Virus record (IMG/VR): IMGVR_UViG_3300025141_000046
Location: 1 to 64,000 of that record
Direction: 5' to 3' (one strand)
DNA: 64,000 nucleotides
Source: a virus
Positions 49,160 to 57,214 of this stretch are shown piece by piece. The position numbers and the translations under genes were made by a program. The notes under the pieces were generated by a model that was not told where the DNA came from, did not search any database, and saw only the letters and a program-made list of their open reading frames with translations. Within the stretch, counting starts at the first letter, position 1, and each line of letters starts with the position of its first letter.

Positions 49160-51919
49160 CTATTTCCCTTGATTTGGAATCTTATAATCTATGTTCATAG
49201 GTTTATTCTCTAGTAAGGTTGATGATGTTATTGTTTTTTTAGATATGACATTTCCACCAACCATAACAATGGACGCGAAATAACTTATTGTTCCAATAAA
49301 TTCTTTATTAGTATAATCAATAAACACAATTTTGCCAGTTTGATCACAGTGACATGCGCCGCAGATGAAAGATTGACCATTTTTAACACATGTAATAATA
49401 ATATAATCTATAAGATCTAGCGATGTCGGCTCAGAAGAAGTTACTTTGAATCTTAAGACAGGTGAGCCCTCATTAGATCTCGTAAGTGAAACCCTTGATG
49501 ATGAAATTATATCATAAGATCCTAATGAAATATTCAAGTTCTTAAAGCTGAAATCTCCAGTATTATACTTTTCAAAATCATAATCTTGCGTTGCATTAAC
49601 TGAATTTTCAATTTTTCCTGATGCTAACGCTTTTCCAGAAAAATATTTTTGAATTTTAAAATTATTAAATTGTTCAATTGATTCTGAAGATAAAGCTGAT
49701 GGGCCTGCGGAAGGAGGAGAACGGGCGGCTAGTGTAGAGTAAATTGCAGAATTTTGTACCCTTTGAATGTATGTGGGTATTCTAATCTGGCTCAAGCTGT
49801 TAATAATATTACTATTATATGTTTGTGACATTTCAAAATAGTTTTTAATTTGTTCTGGGCTTGCAAGATAAGCATTAACATAGTATCGATACTTGTTTCC
49901 AACTTGCGGTGGGGTAATAATTGATCCACCATCTACGAAGTCACCAGCTTGGTGGTAACCAAAGAAATCTACTTCTGAAGTTGTTATATTAACTCTTTTC
50001 ACTCCAAATACGACCATATCTGAAAGTGATCCTCTAGTTGCAACAATTGTATCACTAAACAAGCTTGCCATCCCTGACGCCTGTAGTGTGTTATAGACAA
50101 CGTCAGTATTTGTTTCAACAACAGTATAGCCAATTTTGAATCCAACTGCTATAGAGCCGTTTTTATCTCTTGACCTATAAATCTCACCAATATTAACATC
50201 TATAGCATTCAAAGGATCAACCCTTACTATAGAAGATGACTGACGAGAAAATTGGTCAGCGCCATTTTTAAAAAATAATCTTAACCTATAGTCTATGAGC
50301 TTTCCAGGATTTCCAATAGGGTCAACTGTATTGCCAACTCTTCCATTCCTAGCAACTTCTGATTTTTCACTATTTAAAACTACTACCTCTGGTTCACCGC
50401 CTATAGAAAATGATGTTTGATTCGTGTATAGCATAGGTGTATATTCAGTCTCACCCTTTATCTTTCTATAGACTGTGACGCCAGCAACATCATCAGAGTC
50501 AACAAAATATGAAATGAAAACAGCATTTTTTTGGTTAGAAGTGTAAATTCCAGAGTGAACATAGTTAAACATTTCACCGCATATGGAGTCTCCATTTATA
50601 TTCATGATCTTTAAGCCTGCAACAGTTTTAGGTATAGATCTTATAATTACCATTTGAGACTTGCTCATATCAGTAATTTTACTCAGCCTGTAGCATTTTT
50701 GGTCTTTGATCTCTTTGAAACTAGTTATCTCTGATGTGGGCGAAAATTTTGAACTAGCAAGGCTGGTATCATCACTTATTTTTCGCATAGAGAGATCGAT
50801 TGATGATATTTTTTTATCAATGTTTCCAATTATACAGTTGACATATGAGTAATTACTATTCATAGATTTTCTTAAAATTGAAATATTTGGTAGTGACTCT
50901 GGAATATAATAGTTTTCTATATTTATAGTATGCGGAATTGAAAACTCAAACATTTCAGTAGTCAGACCAGACTCTGGGTCCTTTGCAGTCACAGAAAAAT
51001 AAAAAGATTCTAAAGATGAGATTGTATCAGCAAATATCTTAAATACATGTCTAATAGTTTTAATCCTGCCAGACTTTTTTTCCATAACGGCAACGCGGCC
51101 TGTAGAATTTCCAGGAAGTGAATTGATATCTGAAATATTTGACAGAGATAATGTTTCAAATTTGCTACGCATTGTATCTATATTTTTGTGTGGTATATTT
51201 TTCGGATAAAGATTTTCAATATTCTGTTTATACGCTGGAATTTTTGGAGACGGACTTGACAAGCTGCTTACAGAAAAGAATGCACTGGAGGGATCAGCGC
51301 CTAGTGATATTATTTCTCTATAAATGTCAAAAAATTCTCTATTTGACACATTGTCTGGGTTAAATGTAGAAGAGGTCTTTATAGCTAGTCTCTGAGAACC
51401 TTTATTTTTTCTTTTTTCGCTGGCGGGATCTACAAGTGAAATTTTCGCTTTTTTTCCAAAAAGTTCAATATCTGATTTTTTATTAAAATTTCTGCTATTT
51501 GTACCTGCGTGTCTAATGTGCGAAATTAGATCTATTTTTCCTGCGCCCAGTGTTTTAGTTTTCTTGTCATATTTTAGTGCCTCATAAGATTCAGAAGTAC
51601 CACCGTAGAGTGCAGCCATAACATCACTTGCAGCTCTGCTTTCTAACTCTACGAACATTCCCGCTCTTTTTTTAACAGGTGACAGCAGTATTGAAAAATC
51701 AAGGTATTGAATATTAGACTCTATTAACTTTCTTAAGTCAATATTGAAAAATACCTCATACGTGATTGATTTTCTATCGGGTGCAGGTTCAGTTGTTTCA
51801 ACGCCATTCCGAATGATAACTTTGTCAGACTTGATTTTTTCAATATTGACTATCCGGGAGCTTTGACCTGCATATGCAGAAAGAATTCTAGTTTTTTTTG
51901 TGGGTACTAAGATTGCCAT
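49160..51919 (-). CDS. Large hypothetical virion/baseplate protein
   Basis: 919 aa; Ig/FN3-like strands (VAGVTVYRK, GNKYRYYV). Confidence 0.55.
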   Translation of the reverse strand: MAILVPTKKTRILSAYAGQSSRIVNIEKIKSDKVIIRNGVETTEPAPDRKSITYEVFFNIDLRKLIESNIQYLDFSILLSPVKKRAGMFVELESRAASDVMAALYGGTSESYEALKYDKKTKTLGAGKIDLISHIRHAGTNSRNFNKKSDIELFGKKAKISLVDPASEKRKNKGSQRLAIKTSSTFNPDNVSNREFFDIYREIISLGADPSSAFFSVSSLSSPSPKIPAYKQNIENLYPKNIPHKNIDTMRSKFETLSLSNISDINSLPGNSTGRVAVMEKKSGRIKTIRHVFKIFADTISSLESFYFSVTAKDPESGLTTEMFEFSIPHTINIENYYIPESLPNISILRKSMNSNYSYVNCIIGNIDKKISSIDLSMRKISDDTSLASSKFSPTSEITSFKEIKDQKCYRLSKITDMSKSQMVIIRSIPKTVAGLKIMNINGDSICGEMFNYVHSGIYTSNQKNAVFISYFVDSDDVAGVTVYRKIKGETEYTPMLYTNQTSFSIGGEPEVVVLNSEKSEVARNGRVGNTVDPIGNPGKLIDYRLRLFFKNGADQFSRQSSSIVRVDPLNAIDVNIGEIYRSRDKNGSIAVGFKIGYTVVETNTDVVYNTLQASGMASLFSDTIVATRGSLSDMVVFGVKRVNITTSEVDFFGYHQAGDFVDGGSIITPPQVGNKYRYYVNAYLASPEQIKNYFEMSQTYNSNIINSLSQIRIPTYIQRVQNSAIYSTLAARSPPSAGPSALSSESIEQFNNFKIQKYFSGKALASGKIENSVNATQDYDFEKYNTGDFSFKNLNISLGSYDIISSSRVSLTRSNEGSPVLRFKVTSSEPTSLDLIDYIIITCVKNGQSFICGACHCDQTGKIVFIDYTNKEFIGTISYFASIVMVGGNVISKKTITSSTLLENKPMNIDYKIPNQGK

Positions 51920-51920
51920 T

Positions 51921-53090
51921 CTAATCCATTATTATAGTAAATAAGTTAACAAATGATGGTAAACCGATTGAATTTATAAATATTTTACCCACAAAAAACA
52001 CATCTTTTTTAGGATGGGCAACAGAATCTGTGTCATTAAATGTTCCATAATTTATAACATCGAGCTTTGTTAGCTTTGAAGACATTGAATCCAATTCAAA
52101 CATTTGCATTACAAGATTATTTGTATTAGAAGTTTTATTAAAAAAGACTGATACTCTCTCTCTCGGTAATTCATCTGAAGATATGTTAACAATTGATGCA
52201 TTTACATTTGATGATGCAAGACCAAGTGTGCCTAGAGAGTTGAGTTGAAGATACGGTGCTGGGAGAATAGACACGGACGGTGATATGTCAAAATCAGAAT
52301 CTGGATCACCTGAAACTGCAACTGAGCCTGATTGATCAGTGAATATATTCATGTGTCTTAATATTCTACTAAGCGTTAGAGGATTTGGCCTGTGATACCT
52401 CGTGTAATCACCAAACTTCTTTGTCCTCGGAGGATTTGAAGGCACTTGACTTTCTGATGTGCTTAAAGGCTCAGTAAGCGGTGGGAGATATTTGAAGTTT
52501 ATTGCATCTGATAGTCTCATGTCAAAAAATAAAGGCTCTAGATAATCGACATTTGTCGTTGCTGAAGAAATTCCTTCAATGAATGGAAACTTATTATTCA
52601 TTGTAAAGCTATATCCCGAAGGCTGTATTTCCATTTGGAGATTGTGAGCTTCGTTTGATTCACGAGTACCTAGAGAGTATAGATTTTTGAATCTATCTAT
52701 GGAAGAAGTTATAATTCCCTCTGCGACACTAGCAAATCCTGTTGAGTTTCCTGAATTTGCATACGTCAGTGTACCGCTAACAGATGTTCTTCCTGAAATC
52801 ACACCGTCAGTATTGTAGAATTCACTTCCCTGTACGGGATATCCCAATAGTTTACCGCTATCATCAGATTCCATAACAATTGAGTCATTAATACACTCTG
52901 TCGGGGATTCAAAGTAAAGCCTAACAGTTGCATCAGCTGATCCACTAGCTGCTGAAGCTTCATAGTATGTGTGCTTATCTGAGACACTTGCAAATACGGA
53001 CCTCAAACCTCCGTTCGCTATCTGTCGCTTTCCCTCTTGAGTTATCACTGCATCGATAACTCTAACTTTAGAATCTAATATACCAGACAC
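51921..53090 (-). CDS. Baseplate wedge-like protein, N-terminus paralogous to 42238-42945
   Basis: MSGILDSKVRVIDAVITQEGKRQIANG...FASVSD...Y. Confidence 0.55.
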   Translation of the reverse strand: MSGILDSKVRVIDAVITQEGKRQIANGGLRSVFASVSDKHTYYEASAASGSADATVRLYFESPTECINDSIVMESDDSGKLLGYPVQGSEFYNTDGVISGRTSVSGTLTYANSGNSTGFASVAEGIITSSIDRFKNLYSLGTRESNEAHNLQMEIQPSGYSFTMNNKFPFIEGISSATTNVDYLEPLFFDMRLSDAINFKYLPPLTEPLSTSESQVPSNPPRTKKFGDYTRYHRPNPLTLSRILRHMNIFTDQSGSVAVSGDPDSDFDISPSVSILPAPYLQLNSLGTLGLASSNVNASIVNISSDELPRERVSVFFNKTSNTNNLVMQMFELDSMSSKLTKLDVINYGTFNDTDSVAHPKKDVFFVGKIFINSIGLPSFVNLFTIIMD

Positions 53091-53110
53091 TTTTCACCCG
53101 TCATGTTATC

Positions 53111-53117
53111 TAATTAT
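53111..53117 (-). promoter_or_regulatory. Putative late promoter ATAATTA (baseplate operon)
   Basis: ATAnTTA about 21 nt upstream of the GTG. Confidence 0.5.
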
Positions 53118-53151
53118 ACTATTTAAAAAATTATTTGAAAATATGAATTTT

Positions 53152-53847
53152 CTATTCAACTGATTTACTCTCTATCTCTTTGATTAAATTTGATATTTCA
53201 ATATCGCTAAGCTTTGTTTCACCCATCCTTTCTAAGAATGCAGATATAACTTTAAGTCTAATATGGGATAATCCAAAACTTTCCCCCCACACCCAGGGAA
53301 GAGATGCTTCCATCTTTGAAATTTTATCTTTTGTTATTTTAATTCTTTCACCTAGCTTTTTGATAATAATCGGTGAATCAATATCAACATCTATATTTAG
53401 ATCTAGCGCGAGATCAATTAGGCTATCGTAAGATTTTCTCTCCATGATAGTAGCAGCTTCTTGAAATATTTTTGATGATTCATTGTCATGATTTTCCTTT
53501 GTAATGTCTGGGTGGGTTCTTCTAGCTATTTTTCTATATAGCTTTTTTGCCCAATTTGGTGTGTGTTTTTCTGGAGTATTTTCTTCAATATTATTAGATA
53601 TATTTTCCCCATTGGGTGGGGGAGTAAAATCTACTATTTTTTTTGTATTTTGCTGTATAGATTGTGACTTTTCAATATCATTGGTATCCTGTAAAAGTTT
53701 ATCAAGTATTATTTTTTTATCCCTTGCCCATTCATTCTCATATTCTGATAGGATTTCGGCCATGTCTACGAGTGTTGATCTATAGAAGCTAAGTTGAGAT
53801 TTTAAATATCTGATTTTTCTTTTTTGATTTCTACTCTTTAATGACAT
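53152..53847 (-). CDS. J-domain (DnaJ-like) co-chaperone
   Basis: AKKLYRKIARRTHPD...SKIFQEAA (helix II, HPD, helix III) after a coiled coil. Confidence 0.75.
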   Translation of the reverse strand: MSLKSRNQKRKIRYLKSQLSFYRSTLVDMAEILSEYENEWARDKKIILDKLLQDTNDIEKSQSIQQNTKKIVDFTPPPNGENISNNIEENTPEKHTPNWAKKLYRKIARRTHPDITKENHDNESSKIFQEAATIMERKSYDSLIDLALDLNIDVDIDSPIIIKKLGERIKITKDKISKMEASLPWVWGESFGLSHIRLKVISAFLERMGETKLSDIEISNLIKEIESKSVE

Positions 53848-53887
53848 TTCTTAAGCTGCCCCTGTAGAAATATTTAGGTAATTTATT

Positions 53888-54370
53888 CTATGCCTCCTTC
53901 TTTTTTCTCTTTGTTTTTTTATTTTTTTCTCTCGATTTGATTTCGACTTTCTCTTCTTGTTTGGCCTCTCTAACTTTTAGCTTATTTTCCGGTCTAGATC
54001 CAATTTTTCTTTTTTTGCCCGGTTTTTCAGATTTGTCGCTGATTGACGCCGACTGTTTCTTCTCATTTTCACATGAAGTATAGATATCAGCTGCTTTTTC
54101 GTAGGCAGTAATTGTTACAATAATATTAGACTCAACCTTGTCAAGATACTCAAATGATTTTCTAATAATATTTGGAAGCTTTGTAAGTGCGGCACCTAGA
54201 GATCTTGCAGGACTATCTGGGTGATCATTTGCCTCAGACCTTATTGCCTGATTTATTTCGCTAGTTATAAAATTAATATGGTGCTCTGAATCAAGCCTTG
54301 CAGTTCTTACTTTGTGAAGCTCAGATTTCATATCGTGTAAAATATCTTCTACTTTATGTAAAAAATCCAT
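53888..54370 (-). CDS. Hypothetical helical protein with K-rich tail
   Basis: AAGGAG RBS favours ATG 54370 (MDFLHK). Confidence 0.65.
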   Translation of the reverse strand: MDFLHKVEDILHDMKSELHKVRTARLDSEHHINFITSEINQAIRSEANDHPDSPARSLGAALTKLPNIIRKSFEYLDKVESNIIVTITAYEKAADIYTSCENEKKQSASISDKSEKPGKKRKIGSRPENKLKVREAKQEEKVEIKSREKNKKTKRKKKEA

Positions 54371-54400
54371 TATCACACTCCTTTTTAAAAAAATCATAAA

Positions 54401-54429
54401 ATTATAAGAAAAAGGGACCCCGAAGTTAA
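54401..54429 (-). promoter_or_regulatory. Sigma70-like promoter TTAACT-N17-TATAAT overlapping the terminator
   Basis: Perfect -10; the -35 lies in the terminator loop; 17-nt spacer. Confidence 0.45.
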
Positions 54430-54439
54430 TCGGGGTCCC
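54407..54439 (-). terminator. Rho-independent terminator after fibre gene
   Basis: 10-bp stem GGGACCCCGA/TCGGGGTCCC followed by TTTTTCTT on the minus strand. Confidence 0.9.
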
Positions 54440-54474
54440 AAAGAAATTTTATTTAAACTTCTTATGTGAATTTA

Positions 54475-56853
54475 TTACTGCTGGGCAGTTGTCTTGACAA
54501 TTATAACATCATCAGGTACCAATTGGAAGGCGAACCTAAGAATGCCAGGATTTGCTGCAGACTGAACAATATAGTCACCATTTGAAGTCGAGGATCCGGA
54601 AGCCAGAAGCTGACCGTTAACAAAGACATCTGTATTTGCAACTGAAACCTCAACCAGGCTGATACCGTTCTCATCGTAACCCGTTCTATCAACAAGTGCT
54701 GCATCATTCAGCGTGAAGTTTGCGTTTGCAGCAATTGATGACGTAATTACAGCGAGACCTTTAACACCACCACTAGCAGCGCCAGCGAGTGCATTAAGTG
54801 CTCCAACGATTGTGGTGTTATCACTAAACAGAGCCTTTCCGATGAATGTTGTAAACTCACCACCATCAGCTAGCCTTATTTCATCACCTTGCATGTTACG
54901 TGAATCTGCACAACCAAAAGTGATGGCAGAACCAGACATTCCTACACCGATTGATCCAGACAGTCCGACTGAACCGAGTAATGATTGCAACTTAATTGCC
55001 TCTGTAGAATCTCCGCCTGTGTTAACAACGGAATACTTCTCCAGACCTGCGGTGGCTGAAGGTGCTATAACAACTTCGACACCACCAACCTTACCAAGTG
55101 ACACCCCTTTCTCATCTGGGACACTGATCTGGACACCACCGGCGACGGCGTTGAGCTTAATAGCATCGAGTCCAGTACCAGCAGTGTTGGTGAGAAGGAA
55201 CTTCTCACTAGCAGGAGTACCATGAGGTGATAATACCATCTCAACGGCACCAGATTTACCAAGTGCAAGTGTTTGTCCATCAGCCAGGATAGCACCCATT
55301 GTCATTGAACCAGCGGTTGAGTCAAGTGAGACTGCACCGGCTGCATCAAGGTCGAATGAAGTACCAGCATCAACATCAATACCGCCAGCAACTGCAGAGA
55401 GCAAAAGAGCATCCGCTGCAGTACCCGCAGTGTTGATAAGCTGCCACTTCTCATTAGCAGGAGTGCCATGAGGTGAGAATGTCATTTCAACAGCTCCAGC
55501 TTTACCAACTTTTACTGTTTGTCCATCCGCTAGGATAGCACCCATTGTTATTGAAGCAGCACTTGAATCAAGTGCAACAGCACCAGCTGCATCAAGGTCG
55601 AAACCGAGAGCAACATCGACATCAATACCACCAGCAGAAGCACCTAGCTTAATAGCATCGGCACCTGTACCAGCAGCTGTGACTATGACAGATGAATCAT
55701 TGCCACCAACCTGTGCGATGAGGAGGTCTTGTCCAGCACCACTAGAAGTAACAGTAAGGTTAGCAGAAGCACCTGCTGAATCGAGTGATACACCCACTGC
55801 ATCAATAGTAACCGCACCAGAAGCGTCGAGATCGAACGTAGATGAGTTAACGTCAAAAGCAACATCATTTGCTGTACCAATATTGATACCGCCGCCGCCA
55901 TCGAGCCATAGCGCTCCTGTGGAAACAGCAGAAAAATCGCCTGCGGCGTCGATGTCGACACCACCAGCAGAAGCTGTGATATCAATTGCATCAGTACCTG
56001 TACCAGCAGAGTCAAGCTGAAGCTTCTGAGCTCCACCGCCGGCAGCAGCAAGAACTAAGCTCTTGGCTGCAGCTGTAACAGTGAGGTTAGAATCGTCAGT
56101 TGCATCTAGTGATAGCGTAGAAGCATCCCATGAACCAGCAGCTGAATTAATATCAACGGCACCTGTCGTGGTAATATCAACTTCTGCAGCGTTACCAAGA
56201 ATCATGACGCCGTTGTGGCCATCAACGGTTGCAACACCTGCTGCTGCGTCTACAATGAGATTTCCAGCTGTTGTAGTTATGAGTGATGTTGCTCCGCCAG
56301 AGATATTGAAATCTGAAGTTGCATCCACGTCAAGCTTTGCAGTTGCGATCTCAACTTCCCCGTCAGCATCAAGGTCTAGCTGACCGTCTACAGATGAGAA
56401 GACCTTGATATTTGAATCTCTGAACTGAAGCTGTTGAGCGCCTGCGTGTCCAATACGAATATTGGCAGAACCAGTAAGCTGTAGAACGTTTTCACCGTCC
56501 TCGTCATACTCAATAGTAACATCCTGGTCATTACCGAACAGAATCTTTTTATCGTCAGCAATGTAGAAATCACCCCACTCAGCTGTGGCTGAACCGAGGT
56601 TTCGTGTACCCACACCGTCTGGAAGTAGATTCTGATAAAATGTACCAGCAGTAGCATTCGTGAAACCGCTTGCACCAACTCCATTTTTACCGGATAGGCG
56701 ACCAATTGCGCCGGCCATCTCGCCGAGAAGGCCTGCAAGATCTGTCTCTACAACTGCACCAGCATCCGCGGCTGCTGAAGTAGAACCAGAAAAAGCTACA
56801 TCTACAAGTGATCCTGTCACCTGAGGTAGCGTAATTTGTGAAAAATGTGCCAT
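54475..56853 (-). CDS. Repetitive fibre / beta-helix virion protein
   Basis: A/G/D-rich short beta repeats, RNLGSATAEW motif, internal duplication, C-terminal DVFVNGQLL domain; AAGGAG RBS. Confidence 0.7.
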   Translation of the reverse strand: MAHFSQITLPQVTGSLVDVAFSGSTSAAADAGAVVETDLAGLLGEMAGAIGRLSGKNGVGASGFTNATAGTFYQNLLPDGVGTRNLGSATAEWGDFYIADDKKILFGNDQDVTIEYDEDGENVLQLTGSANIRIGHAGAQQLQFRDSNIKVFSSVDGQLDLDADGEVEIATAKLDVDATSDFNISGGATSLITTTAGNLIVDAAAGVATVDGHNGVMILGNAAEVDITTTGAVDINSAAGSWDASTLSLDATDDSNLTVTAAAKSLVLAAAGGGAQKLQLDSAGTGTDAIDITASAGGVDIDAAGDFSAVSTGALWLDGGGGINIGTANDVAFDVNSSTFDLDASGAVTIDAVGVSLDSAGASANLTVTSSGAGQDLLIAQVGGNDSSVIVTAAGTGADAIKLGASAGGIDVDVALGFDLDAAGAVALDSSAASITMGAILADGQTVKVGKAGAVEMTFSPHGTPANEKWQLINTAGTAADALLLSAVAGGIDVDAGTSFDLDAAGAVSLDSTAGSMTMGAILADGQTLALGKSGAVEMVLSPHGTPASEKFLLTNTAGTGLDAIKLNAVAGGVQISVPDEKGVSLGKVGGVEVVIAPSATAGLEKYSVVNTGGDSTEAIKLQSLLGSVGLSGSIGVGMSGSAITFGCADSRNMQGDEIRLADGGEFTTFIGKALFSDNTTIVGALNALAGAASGGVKGLAVITSSIAANANFTLNDAALVDRTGYDENGISLVEVSVANTDVFVNGQLLASGSSTSNGDYIVQSAANPGILRFAFQLVPDDVIIVKTTAQQ
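55141..55632 (-). repeat. Tandem 246-nt (82 aa) internal duplication in the fibre gene
   Basis: Units start at 55632 and 55386 (GGIDVD...MGAILADGQT...SPHGTPA.EK...NTAGT..DA); a degenerate third starts at 55140. Confidence 0.85.
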
Positions 56854-56969
56854 TTTTGTTCTCCTTTGTTTGTTAAAATAGGCTTAGGAAAACAACAAAC
56901 TTTGAAGACAACAAAGTTAAAATTTTACAATAAATACAAGCAAAGAGAAAGCGAACAATTTTATATATG

Positions 56970-57194
56970 CTATCGATTATGATTTTTTAGCAAAAGTCTC
57001 AAGTTTTTTGAATACATATCATATTTTGTAAATTCTGAGTTTAAATATTCAACTGCGTATGTTTCACACCTGCCATCTGTATTTTCAAATAGTATCTCAT
57101 ATGCTCCGCTACTTCGTGATGCAGATATAAGCTTACCCCCTTTTAACATGATGTAAGAGGCCAATCCGATATCAGAAGTTGAATATTTTTTCAT
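56970..57194 (-). CDS. Small DUF5659-like protein
   Basis: YSTSDIGLASYIMLKG.KL...YEILF; GAGGAG RBS. Confidence 0.55.
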   Translation of the reverse strand: MKKYSTSDIGLASYIMLKGGKLISASRSSGAYEILFENTDGRCETYAVEYLNSEFTKYDMYSKNLRLLLKNHNR

Positions 57195-57214
57195 TAAAAT
57201 CTCCTCTTGATTAT

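Noticed and set aside
37895-49162. TAG recoding or readthrough, since TAG is followed in frame by the next gene at 49160, 40963 and 37919
   Set aside because: Only 3 of 22 TAG junctions are in frame and open, which chance explains; TAG falls at natural C-termini (paralogues end LDF* and MDF*), and long genes have no internal TAG
27585-54397. ORF-track starts at 28226, 32717, 33422 and 54397
   Set aside because: Downstream ATGs (28199, 32708, 33362, 54370) have better RBS or coupling and avoid long overlaps
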